Shown one piece after another: positions 13,593-24,701 of a DNA stretch of 64,000 bases. The notes below the pieces were generated by a model. That model was not told the origin of the DNA. It saw only the letters and a program-made list of their open reading frames with translations, and did no database searches. This DNA comes from Dictyostelium discoideum (taxonomy: Eukaryota), in NCBI GenBank assembly GCA_000004695.1, contig CM000150.2, forward strand, positions 3,168,001 to 3,232,000, written 5' to 3'. How positions within the stretch are numbered: the first letter of the stretch is position 1; every line of letters starts with the position of its first letter. Both the position numbers and the translations under genes were made by a program.

Positions 13593-15333
13593 ATGTCTAT
13601 ATTAGAAAATAATAATAATAATGAAAATATAAATAATATTCAGTATAAAAAAATAGATATAAAAACTCCTTTAGTCATAAATAGTGATTCTGAAATTGGA
13701 GAAAACTTTTTAACAAATGGCCAAGTTGAAATTAAAAAAAGGCCATTAAAAGAACACAAATATTTAAAACAAATTATTATTTTATTTTCCTTTTTACCTT
13801 TTATTATGATTCCCTCAATTTTATTTCAATTATATTTACCATCTTTTTTTACTGATTATGTAACTTTTAAATATCCTGATTATTCACTAGAAGAAATCCA
13901 ATCAAAAGCTGCATATTATAAATCATATTCTGATTCTCTTCCATATATATCTGCTTTATTATTTGGACCATTAATTGGGGTTTTATCTGATAAGTATGTT
14001 TTAATTTTTATTTTTTTTTTTTTTTTTATAAACAAAAGTTTAATTAATTTTTTGTTTTTAAAAATTAAAAAAAAAAAAAGGTATGGAAGAAAACCAATAT
14101 TTTTTGGGGCAGGTATTTTATTTATTCTTGATGCAATTGCAACATTGATATCTGTATTGACACATAACTTAATGTACCATTATGTTGTTCACACAATTGT
14201 TGGTGTAAATTCAGTTTCAAATGCTGCACTAACTGCATATATTTCCGATATTTCAGATGATGATCATATACCTATTCTATACTCATTATTGGGTGGAGTT
14301 TTTGGTGCAGGTATAATTTTAGGTCCATTGGTTTTTATTTTAATTAACCTCACATCAATTCCAAATATAACATTATATGTTATAGTTGGTTTACTTGCTG
14401 TTTGTATGGTAATTATTGCATTTTTAGATGAAAGTGTTGAAATTGCAAAAAAAAATAACAAAATTAAAATATCAAACACAACAACAAATCCAATTAAATT
14501 GGTTAAAAATCTTTTTACATCAAATACTTATTTTTCATTTATAGTTATAATATATTTATTAATTTCTTTTGCCACTTGTGATATTACTCTTATATTTTAT
14601 TATTATTGGTAATTAATTAAAATAATAATAATAATAATAAAAATAATAATAATAATAGCAATATTCTAATATTTTATTTTTATTTTAAAAATTAAATATA
14701 GTTCATTTGTTTATGAGTGGAGCCCAAAAGATAATTCAATATTCTTTGGTGGACTTGGTTTTATAATTATTGTATGGGGTGCAGTTATTAGCCCAATTCT
14801 ATTAAAATATTTTTGTAAGTAAATTAAATTAAATATAATAAAGTTTATTTACATTAATTAAAAAGATAATAAAAAAAGAAATTCTCATTAACAAAAAAAA
14901 AAAACCATAAGCTGAAAGAAAAATTATTTCAATAATGTTAATTTGTTGTTTTGGAGCTCATGTTATGTTTGTTTTTTCAGGATTCAGTCAATATTTATTT
15001 ATTTTAGGTGCAATGTTGGGATCACCACAAGTTAACAATTTAGTTCAAGCAATTATTTCTCAATTGACCCCACCAGAAATGCAAGCTACAATTCTAGTAG
15101 GTGCTCAATCAATTAGTTCAATTGCAAGCTTTTTAGGATCAATAGTTGTCAATGATATATTTATGTATTCCATTTCCAATAATATCTCTCATAAATTTCC
15201 TCAATTCGTATTTTTAATATTCGGAATTGTAATTGGTTTGACTACAATTGGTACAATCATCATTTTTAACTATTATAAAAAATCAAATAACTTTAAACAA
15301 AATCAAAAAAATAGTTACGAATCAATTAAATAA
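13593..15333 (+). CDS. Major facilitator superfamily (MFS) transporter, 4 exons
   Basis: ATG at 13593; the track ORF start at 13572 is a TTG. Exons are 13593..13993 (GTATGT donor), 14081..14608 (GTAATT donor), 14702..14814 (GTAAGT donor) and 14912..15333; all phases are compatible. Splicing restores the MFS signature GVLSDKYGRKP (loop 2-3 motif) across intron 1. Several hydrophobic transmembrane stretches are present; the total is about 490 aa. Confidence 0.7.
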
Positions 15334-15486
15334 ATAAGGATACTAAAAAAATAAAAAAAATAAAAAAATAAAAAAAATTGTAACATTATTATTTAAATAA
15401 AATTTAAATTTATTTATTTATTTATTTTCTATATATACAGTTATTTTATTATTAATATTTAATAATTATTATTATTATTTTTAAAA

Positions 15487-17815
15487 TTAATAAATTTGTT
15501 TTGGTTTTCTAACTAAAACCATAACTTTGTTAACACCTTTTGGTAAATTTGATTTAAATTCAGAGCCAACTTCAAAGCCATGATGTTGAAAGAATTCAAT
15601 AGAGTTGTTTTCGAAAACTACTGTTCTTGTTTCAACACCATTATGATCAGCCCAATTTAAAACATTTTCAATCATATGAGAACCAATACCATTACCTCTG
15701 AAAATCTCAGAGGTACAACAATATGCTAAGAACCAATGATTACATGAAGAGGATGAGGAGGAGGAGGAACCTTTAAAAGTTTGTAAATTTGATGTACTTG
15801 TATTTGGATTATTATTATTATTTTGAGCCATTGATAATATATTATCATCAAAACGCATAAGATCTAAAATTAAACCAACTCTTTTTAAACCAATTTTAGT
15901 GACTAAACTAAGGGAACCCTTTATACAATCGGATAATCTAATCTCTTTCTTTTTCTCTGGATTTAACCAAACGAAACAACTAACCATTGTACCATCGATA
16001 GCGAAATAACCCCAAATACTGCAATTATAACTTGAGAGTACTTTTAAAATATATTTGTAAAGATGTTGAAGATGAGGTATTGAATGAGGATCCGATGGTG
16101 GAAATATATTGAAAAATCTTGGATCCTTCACAAAAGAAGTAGCCAAAAGTAATGAAGCCTCTTGAAAATGTGATTTATCCAATTGTTTTCTAATGCCTTT
16201 GATGGTATTCTCTCTTTTAATTACCACTCTTTCCTTCAATAAAGAGGTATCCATTTTTTGTAGGGTTTCAATAATTGATTCAATCGATGGTCTAAATGTT
16301 GGATTCTTTGAGATCATTGATAACACCAATGGTGCTAATTTTTCATATTTCTCTGGGAATGTCGAAAGGAATTGCATTGAATCGAAACGATCATTCAACA
16401 TATCCTCACCTAAATAGATACGATTATGTGATAATAGTTTCAATGTTATCAACTCATAGAATATACAACCCAATGAGAAAATATCAGTGGTTTTATCATA
16501 GGTTGAATTTAATATTTCTGGCGAAGAATAACAATATGTACCAACAGTCTCACTATGAATACTACCAGTATGATGAGCTGATTGAATTGCTAACCCAAAA
16601 TCACCAATCTTTAATTTATTTGAACCACTAATGAATATATTTTCAGATTTTAAATCTCTATGAATCATTGATGCCCTATGTAAGGCTTGTACTCCATAAC
16701 TTAAATCTAATAACCATTCAATTAATTGAGTTTGTTCAATTAAATAAATTGAATCAACACCTTTTTTAATTTCATTTGAATGTATAACATGTTCTTCAAT
16801 ATTTAAATTTGACGATGACGATGATGAATGAGTAGTGTTGGTAGTGGTAGTAGTAGTAGCAGCAGTAGTGTGGTTACTATTATCTTTTTTAAATATCTTT
16901 TTTGTTAAATCAACAGTCATCTTTACAATACATTTTCTTTCTTTTAAACTACATTTCTTTTTTCTTTCAGATTTTGATGATTTTCTTTGAGGTGATGTTA
17001 CTGGATGTTGTTGTGGTGATAATGGTGATGATGGTGATGATGGTGATGAAGGTGATGATGGTGATGATGGTGATGATGGTGATGCAGTAGTTGCAGTAGT
17101 TGTACCAGCAAGTGTTGGTGTTGATATTGAATGTCTATTATTTGGTGTTGTTGTTGTTATTGGTGGTGTAGTTGCATTTGTTGGTGATGTTGTACCATTA
17201 ACTAATGATGAAGATGAATGTGAATGTTGAATAGTATTATTATTATTATTCTCTAATAATAAAGCTGCTTCAAAATTAGTTGATGAAGATGAACTTGTTC
17301 TACTAGTTGTAGAATCAATATCACTACCAGTATATTCACTACCAAGATTTAATGATGATAACTCTGATCCTAATGTAACTGTATGATGATGTTGTGGCTC
17401 TGATAATTCAATTAAAAAATCTAATAAATCTCCCATCTCACAAAATTCCATCATAATTGTAATTTCAATTTGGTCACCAATTTGTGTCATAATTGCATCC
17501 TCAAATCTAACTGTATTTGGATGCACAATTCTAGCCAATGACATTGCCTAAAAATAATAATAATAATAATAATAAAAATATTTTTAAAAATTTAATATAA
17601 ATATTAGTTAAATAAAATCAAAGTTAGAAAAAAAAAAAAAAAAAAAAAAATTAAAACATTACCTCTTTTAAACCTTGATTTGCATCTTTTAAATTATCAA
17701 ATAGTCTTTTTTTACCAACATATTTAACACCATCTTTTTCATATAAAATTGCTTTTCCTTCACCTCCTGATCTAAGGTCTTTAATTAATTTATATGATGA
17801 TAATGGGTCCTCCAT
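15487..17815 (-). CDS. NEK-like Ser/Thr protein kinase fused to a C-terminal GNAT N-acetyltransferase domain
   Basis: Minus strand. Exon 1 is 17663..17815 (MEDPLSSYKLIKDLRSGGEGKAILYEKDGVKYVGKKRLFDNLKDANQGLKE: glycine loop plus the beta3 lysine), with a GTAATG donor. The intron is 17549..17662. Exon 2 is 15487..17548 and begins AMSLARIVHPNTVRF..., carrying HRDLKSENIF, DFGLA and GTYCYSSPE. A low-complexity insert of about 250 aa (S/T/N-rich) lies inside the kinase domain. The C-terminus has GNAT motif A, FRGNGIGSHMIENVLNWADHNGVETRTVVFENNSIEFFQHHGFEV. Kinase and GNAT lie in one uninterrupted reading frame. Confidence 0.8.
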
Positions 17816-17942
17816 TTTTTTTTTTTTTAATGTGTTTTAGCTATTTTTAATAAATGAATATAAAATTATGTAAATTACTTTTTATTATAATATTAATAAA
17901 ATTAAAAAAAAAAAAAATAATAAAAAAAATAACAAAAAAATG

Positions 17943-17977
<35 letters not shown>

Positions 17978-17999
17978 GTTAGTGTAATTCTTTGGTGTT

Positions 18000-18035
<36 letters not shown>

Positions 18036-18172
18036 TAAACGAAGGGGGCACAAGATTCTTCTTTTGGTGGGAAAAAAAAACTATTATGTAGATCTTATAA
18101 TAATGGGGTGAGATTTGTGTGTGTTTATCAATTCTGACAAATAAATATCGTGATAAATAAAATAATAATAAC

Positions 18173-18273
<101 letters not shown>

Positions 18274-19027
18274 CAAATGCAAATTTAATACTTTATATCG
18301 TATATGACTGGCTGTACAAAATATTAATTTTTTTTTTTAATTACCCTAATCCTTATTTTATTTTTTATTTTATTTTATTTTAATTTTTCTTGAATTTTAT
18401 TAAATGATTTTATTTTTTTTTTTTTTATAAAATTATTTTTGAATTAATTAAAAATAACTAACTTAAAAAAAAAAAAAAAATCAACTTTTTTTATTATAAA
18501 ATCTTTTTTTTTTTTTTATTTTTTTTTAATTTCGAAATTAATTTTTTTTTGCAACGTAATTGGCGTGATTGGGATTAAATATGAGGCAAATATAACCTAA
18601 ATTTCTTTATGATGATTATTAATAATTCATTTTTTTAATTTAAGCTCATAAAAAATTTAAAAGTAGTCCTTTCATTTTTAAAAAAATTCAATTAAAACAT
18701 GGAACATGGTTCTGTTTTTTGTAAAGAAGAGGATAAAAATAAAACAATCATCATTGAACACCATAATTAACATCATAAAAAAATAAATAAAAAAAAAAAA
18801 ACCCAGACTTTAGCCTATTACCAAAAAAAAAAAAAAAAAAAAATAAAAAAATAAAAAAAAAAAACACTTTTTCGATTACTTTTAAAAAAAAAAAAAACAC
18901 TTTTTTGATTACTTTTAAAAAAAAAAAAAAACAAAACTAAAAATAAATAAAAAAACAAATAAAATAATTATTTTTTTCTTTCGTTTTTTTTTTTTTTAAA
19001 TTTTTTTTTTTTTATTTTTTTTTTTTA

Positions 19028-19843
19028 TTAATTTAAATTAAAAAATACTTTTGTATTATTAAAAGTTTGTAAAGCCATATCTTTTTCAGAGATATTATAA
19101 CATTGTGCTAAAGTTTTTAAAACATATGGCAAGAGAGAAGGTTCATTACGTATGAATTTTGAACGTGGGTCATTTTGTTTTGGTTTATCGATTGCATTTA
19201 TATTGTGAGGAGTCATATATGGACAATCAGTTTCAATCATTAAACGATCCAATGGGATGATACCAGATTTTAAGATTGCTCTTAATTGTTCACCTCTTTT
19301 ATCATGACCAATCACACCAGTGAAACCAATATAGAATCCCATTGAAACATACATTCTTGCTTCAGCTTCAGTACCTGTGAAACAGTGAATTACAGATTTT
19401 GGCATTGTGCCATCTTTTACATACTTTTCAACGACAGTGCAAAATTGTTTATGTGCATCTCTCTCGTGAATGAATAATGGTAATTTAAACTCTATTCCTA
19501 ATTGGATTTGTCTATCAAACATTTCGATTTGAGTTGCATGTGAGCTGAAATTACGATTGAAATCCAAACCACATTCACCAACTGATTTAACAACATTTAA
19601 ATTACTCTTTATCAATTGTCTCAACTCATCTTGTGCTTTCTCACCACTACCACCATTCATTTTCAATGTTTCCTCTGCTGAATGTGGATGAACTCCAACC
19701 GTTGAAAATAGTTCAACTAATCCTTTCTTTCTCTTATTACTCTCAATTAATTGTATTGCTTTAATTGATGATTTAACTGATGTACCTGTAATTATAATTT
19801 TTGTAACACCTTTCTAAAAAAATTAAAAAATTAAAAATTTTAA

Positions 19844-19878
<35 letters not shown>

Positions 19879-20197
19879 ATTAGTAACTTGATTTTACATA
19901 AATAATTAAAAAAATAAAAAAAATAAAAAAATTTACATTATAACCTCTTTCTAAAATTTGATCAATATCTCTTTCAAATGATTTATCAGCTAAATTTGCA
20001 CCAATATCAATAATTTCATTTTTAGTTGACTCCTTTATTATTGTTGGTACTAAAATTGGTTGAACTGCAGTTTGTGTTGTTGTTGTTGTTTGTCTATATG
20101 AAAATCCATTACTATTATTATTATTATTATTATTGTTATTATTTGTCCTCTTTACTGGTTTTGAACCTAAAGGTGGAAAATCGTCATGATCGTTCAT
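19028..20197 (-). CDS. TatD-family metal-dependent deoxyribonuclease/hydrolase
   Basis: Minus strand. Exon 1 is 19937..20197 (MNDHDDFPPLGSKP...poly-N...IIDIGANLADKSFERDIDQILERGYN), with a GTAAAT donor. The intron is 19814..19936. Exon 2 is 19028..19813 (KGVTKIIITGTSVKSS...VGVHPH...CGLDFN...HCFTG...ETDCPYMTPH). The characteristic TatD motifs (IDxGxNL, GxHPH, GLD, HCF, E-x-D) are present. The exon junction reproduces the conserved ...ERGYNKGVTKIIITG block. Confidence 0.8.
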
Positions 20198-20285
20198 TTT
20201 TTTATTGTATATATATTATTATTAATAAGTTTTTGTTTAAAAAAAAAAAAAAAAAAAAATGGATTTTGTACAGTACTCACTTTTT

Positions 20286-20333
<48 letters not shown>

Positions 20334-20841
20334 GAAATTTTTCAAAAATGGTTAAAAGTCCTTCAAAAATAAATAAAAATATAATATATCCAGAATTAGG
20401 AAAAAAACAGATATTGAATTTGAAATGAGAATATAATATCAGATTTACCTTTTTTTTTCTGATTGTTTTATTTTTTTTTTTTTTTTCGATGGTTTTTTTT
20501 ATTTTAATTTCATTTTATTTTAAATTTTTTTTTTTTTTTTTTTTTTTTTTGTTAAACAAGAGCCTTATTTCTAATAAAATTAATTTAAATGATTAAAAAA
20601 AAAATAAAAAAAAAATTAAATAAAAAATAAAAAAAAATAAAATATAGAAAAAGAAAGAAAAATAAAAAAAAAAAAATAAAATATAGAAAAAGAAAGAAAA
20701 AAAATAAAATAAAATAAAATATAGAAAAATAAAGAAAAAAAAAAAAAAAAGAAAAAAAAAAAATTGTATATGTGTGTTAAAGTGTGTAAATCACACCAAT
20801 TGCAAATATTAACAATATTACAAATTATTATTTTTTTTTTT

Positions 20842-20887
<46 letters not shown>

Positions 20888-21060
20888 TATATGTACTAAA
20901 TTATTAAATAATAATTGTTTCGTTTTTCATAGAGATTATATTTTATTTATATATAATTTTTTTTTCATTCTAAAAATAAAATAGTTTTATATTCTACAAA
21001 ATAATTAATTTAACCCAAACCATATAAAAAAAAAAAAAAAAAAAAAAAATAGTATAATCA

Positions 21061-21225
21061 ATGGCCTTTGTAGATACCATATTCAAAAATATAAAAAGCT
21101 GCAACTACTCATGTATCGAATATCTTAAACAATGTTATATTTGTATAATTACACTTTATGGAATGTGCATTCAAGAAATTGCTCAATACTCCGCTTTAAC
21201 CATTACAATTAGCTTTATAAACGAA

Positions 21226-21267
<42 letters not shown>

Positions 21268-21405
21268 ACTAATAGAACAAACAATGAAATCTCATTGCCG
21301 AATGATATAGAAAGTAATATTAATAATAATTATAATATAAATAATAATATAAATAATAATTTCGAAAATGGTAATAATGATAATTGCATTGTAAATATAA
21401 AATAA
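21061..21405 (+). CDS. Hypothetical small Cys-rich/poly-Asn ORF (114 aa)
   Basis: Supported only by an ATG-initiated ORF preceded by an AT-rich promoter-like region. The product is Cys-rich at the N-terminus, then poly-N. No recognisable domain; it could be spurious. Confidence 0.2.
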
Positions 21406-21737
21406 GAAATAAATTAAAAAATTTGATAAAAATAAAAATAAAAATAGAAATAATCAAATGTATATTTAAATATAAATATTTTTTTTTTTTTTTTATTTTT
21501 TTATTATTTTTTTTTTCTTATTTTTTATCAATTAATCATACTATTTATGTTTATATTTATTTTTATTAATTAAATATAAAAAGTAAAGTTTAAAAAAACA
21601 ATAAAAATTAAAAAAATAAATTACATGAAATAAATTTTTTTTTCTCGCTAAAGTCGTATGTGAGCGCTGAATGTTGGTTGTTCTTGTTTTATATGTTATA
21701 GTTTGGTTTGATTTTTTTCTTTAAATTAATTATAAAA

Positions 21738-21948
21738 GGTTGGTGAGGCGCACTCTCGTAAATCTCTGAAGTTGTGCAATACAGAGCGAATGCGTAGAGG
21801 TCGAATGATGCAAGCACCAAACATATGACCTCACCTCGAAGAAAAATAAGTTTAATCGAATATGCACATCAACGTGTGATGGCAGAAAGAGATTAAGCTT
21901 TCTAGAACAGATACTACACATGATCAAAGCGAGACGCTTCAAGAAGGT
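21738..21948 (-). ncRNA. U2 spliceosomal snRNA (U2-like)
   Basis: A GC-richer island sits in AT-rich surroundings. The minus-strand sequence contains ...GCGUCUCGCUUUGAUCAUGUGUAGUAUCUGUUCUAGAAAGCUUAAUCUC.... This matches the conserved U2 5' region, including the branch-point-interacting GUGUAGUA box. It is followed by a U-rich Sm-like site (AUUUUUCUUCG) and two 3' stem-loops (GGUGAGGUC...GACCUC; GCGCACUCUCG...UGCGCC). A DUSE-like motif lies about 55-65 bp upstream. The ends are approximate. Confidence 0.6.
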
Positions 21949-22002
21949 GCCTTTTCAAAATGAAGAAACTACCCTTTTATATATTAAAATGAAAAAAAAA
22001 AT

Positions 22003-22010
22003 TTATGGGT
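22003..22010 (-). promoter_or_regulatory. DUSE-like upstream element (ACCCATAA) of the U2-like snRNA gene
   Basis: Plus-strand ttatgggt is ACCCATAA on the minus strand. This fits the Dictyostelium upstream sequence element consensus [AT]CCCA[CT]AA, which sits ~60 bp upstream of snRNA and other ncRNA genes. Here it lies ~55-65 nt upstream of the inferred U2 5' end. Confidence 0.45.
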
Positions 22011-22550
22011 TATTTAAGTTCAATAAAATTCAAAAAGTAATTAAAAAATAAAAAATTAAAAATTCATTTTTTTTTTTTTTTTATTTTTATTTTTTTTTTT
22101 TCTGAAATTTTTACAACACAACAAGTGTTTTTCAATTTAAATATATAATTCATTCAAAATATCTTTTGTTTTATCATTTAAATATCAAATGAAATATAAC
22201 CAAAGTTCATTATTTTTTTATTTTTTTATTTTTTATTTTTTTATGTGTATGGATTTCTTTTTCTGTATTGAATATTAATTTTTTTTTTTCTTTGTTATGA
22301 AATTTCAAATACCCTATGTTTTTAATAATTTTTTTTTTTTTTTTTTCATAAAAGATGGGTGAATGAGGAGGTGTTGATATTTTTTTAAACTTTAAAATAT
22401 TAAAATTATTAATATCTATTATAAAATTTAAATGTGATTATTATTTTTTTTTTTTTTATTATTGTTTTTTTTCTCATTAAATTATTTTTTGGTAAACTAA
22501 TTACTAGTTATCCAATGACCATTTTAAAATCATTCAAATTTAAATGTGAT

Positions 22551-22586
<36 letters not shown>

Positions 22587-22732
22587 CAATTTTTTTTTTC
22601 GTTTTTTGAAATTTTAAATTTATTTTAAATTTTTTTCATTTGTATATTAATATTAATAACGGACATCATAATTTCCGTTTCAGATTCTTTTTTTTTTTTT
22701 TTTTTTTTTTTTATTTTATTTTTTTATTTTTA

Positions 22733-22778
<46 letters not shown>

Positions 22779-22840
22779 CACAAATTTTTGATAAAGTAAA
22801 ATAAAAAAAACATAAATAAAAGTAAAAAAAAAAAAAAATA

Positions 22841-23418
22841 ATGGGTCCTAAAAAAGGAAAGAGGTCACATTCAAAAAACCATCATCACCATAATAATGGA
22901 AATAATAATAATAATAACAATAGTGGTGGTGGTAGTAGTAGTGATATTTTATATACATATAGTCAAGATACAAGAATATTATTATTTAAAGTGATATTAA
23001 CACAAAATGAAGAGATTATATGTATGGTTATACAAATTGCCTATGGATTACCAGGTTTACCAAAGATATCAGACATTTCTAGAGATTTAGGTATATTAAT
23101 ATTAAAATTACCAAATAGAACAATTAGAGAATTAGAATTATTTTTAGAATCTAAAAATATTTATTTTCGTGAAGATCAACATATAAATTATTTAAATGAA
23201 ATACCACAACCAACTACAACTACAACATCACCACCACCACCACCACCACCATCATCAATTTCAACAACAACAACAACAACAACAGCAACAGCAATAGAAA
23301 TTGAATCATCATCGGGACTAACATCAAATATAACAGATTCAACAGAAATTCAATTAGATTCAACTACGACTGATACAAAAACTACATCAACAACATCAAC
23401 AACAACAAATAATAGTAG

Positions 23419-23459
<41 letters not shown>

Positions 23460-23873
23460 GTAATAATATTTTAAATTTTCCATTTAATTGTCAAAATAAA
23501 TCAAAACAAAAAAGACCAATTTCAAAAGAAGAATCATTTAATAAAATGGTTCAATATAATTTTGATTTAGGTAAAATTTTCGATGAGTTTACAAGAGAAG
23601 TTTTATTAGATGATTTAAAGAATGATTTAAAGATTGATAATATACCCATTGACAATATATCAATATCACCAACACCAATCATTTCACCAGTTTTTCAAGA
23701 ATATGATTTGTTTTTAATGGATTCTTTCATTATACTTTGTGGTCAATTAGATAATGTAAAATTAACATTAGAAGAATTTAAAGATTATTATAAAAAGTAT
23801 ATATATATATTTTCATTTTATATGTTAACATTAATATTCATCATTATTTTAATTAACTTAAAATATTAATTAA

Positions 23874-23967
<94 letters not shown>

Positions 23968-24647
23968 TTTAGATATAAATTATTAAATCAATATATTGAA
24001 GATTTTAAAGATAATTTAATAAATGATTTTTTAGTAACAGTAGAGATATTAGCTAGTTGGTATATACCACAAAAGGATTATTCAATTGTTAAATTTATAA
24101 ATTGTTTTGGAGAAATGTTAGATTCAACGATTATAGAGAGTTTTTCATACATTTTCAATAAGACTATAAAGAAAGAGGATGATTGGTCAATTTCATTCAT
24201 TCAAGCGGCACTTGGATCCAATGAAGAATTTAAGAGACAAGTGATGTGTTTAAATGATGAATTAATTCAAGATAGATATGATCAATCATTGTATAGTATA
24301 ATGCATCCAATTAAATTTGACAATGTTAGAGAGTTTATTCTAATCTATAGTAGAGATGAAAATTATTTTGAACCACAAGAATTTTGGTATCTAATTTGTA
24401 AATACGATGCAATTGCAATCACTCAACATATAATCAACAATAATATAGCCGAAGAGGATCTATCCAAAAGATCAGGTAAAACCTATAATTCAAACTTGTC
24501 TGAAAATCCATTAGAAATCAATCCTCTAAGTTTATTAGAAATTTGTTCTGCAAATTTCTCTCATAAAATTGCATCAATCTTATTTCAATTTTATGATTTT
24601 AAAGATTCAATGCCAACAAGATTTAGTTTAAGAGGTGTTTTTAAACC

Positions 24648-24701
<54 letters not shown>

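Noticed and set aside
21730-21942. 70-aa minus-strand ORF (MKRLALIMCSICS…)
   Set aside because: It lies within the U2-like snRNA. Its sequence is conserved as RNA (GUGUAGUA box, Sm site), not as protein.
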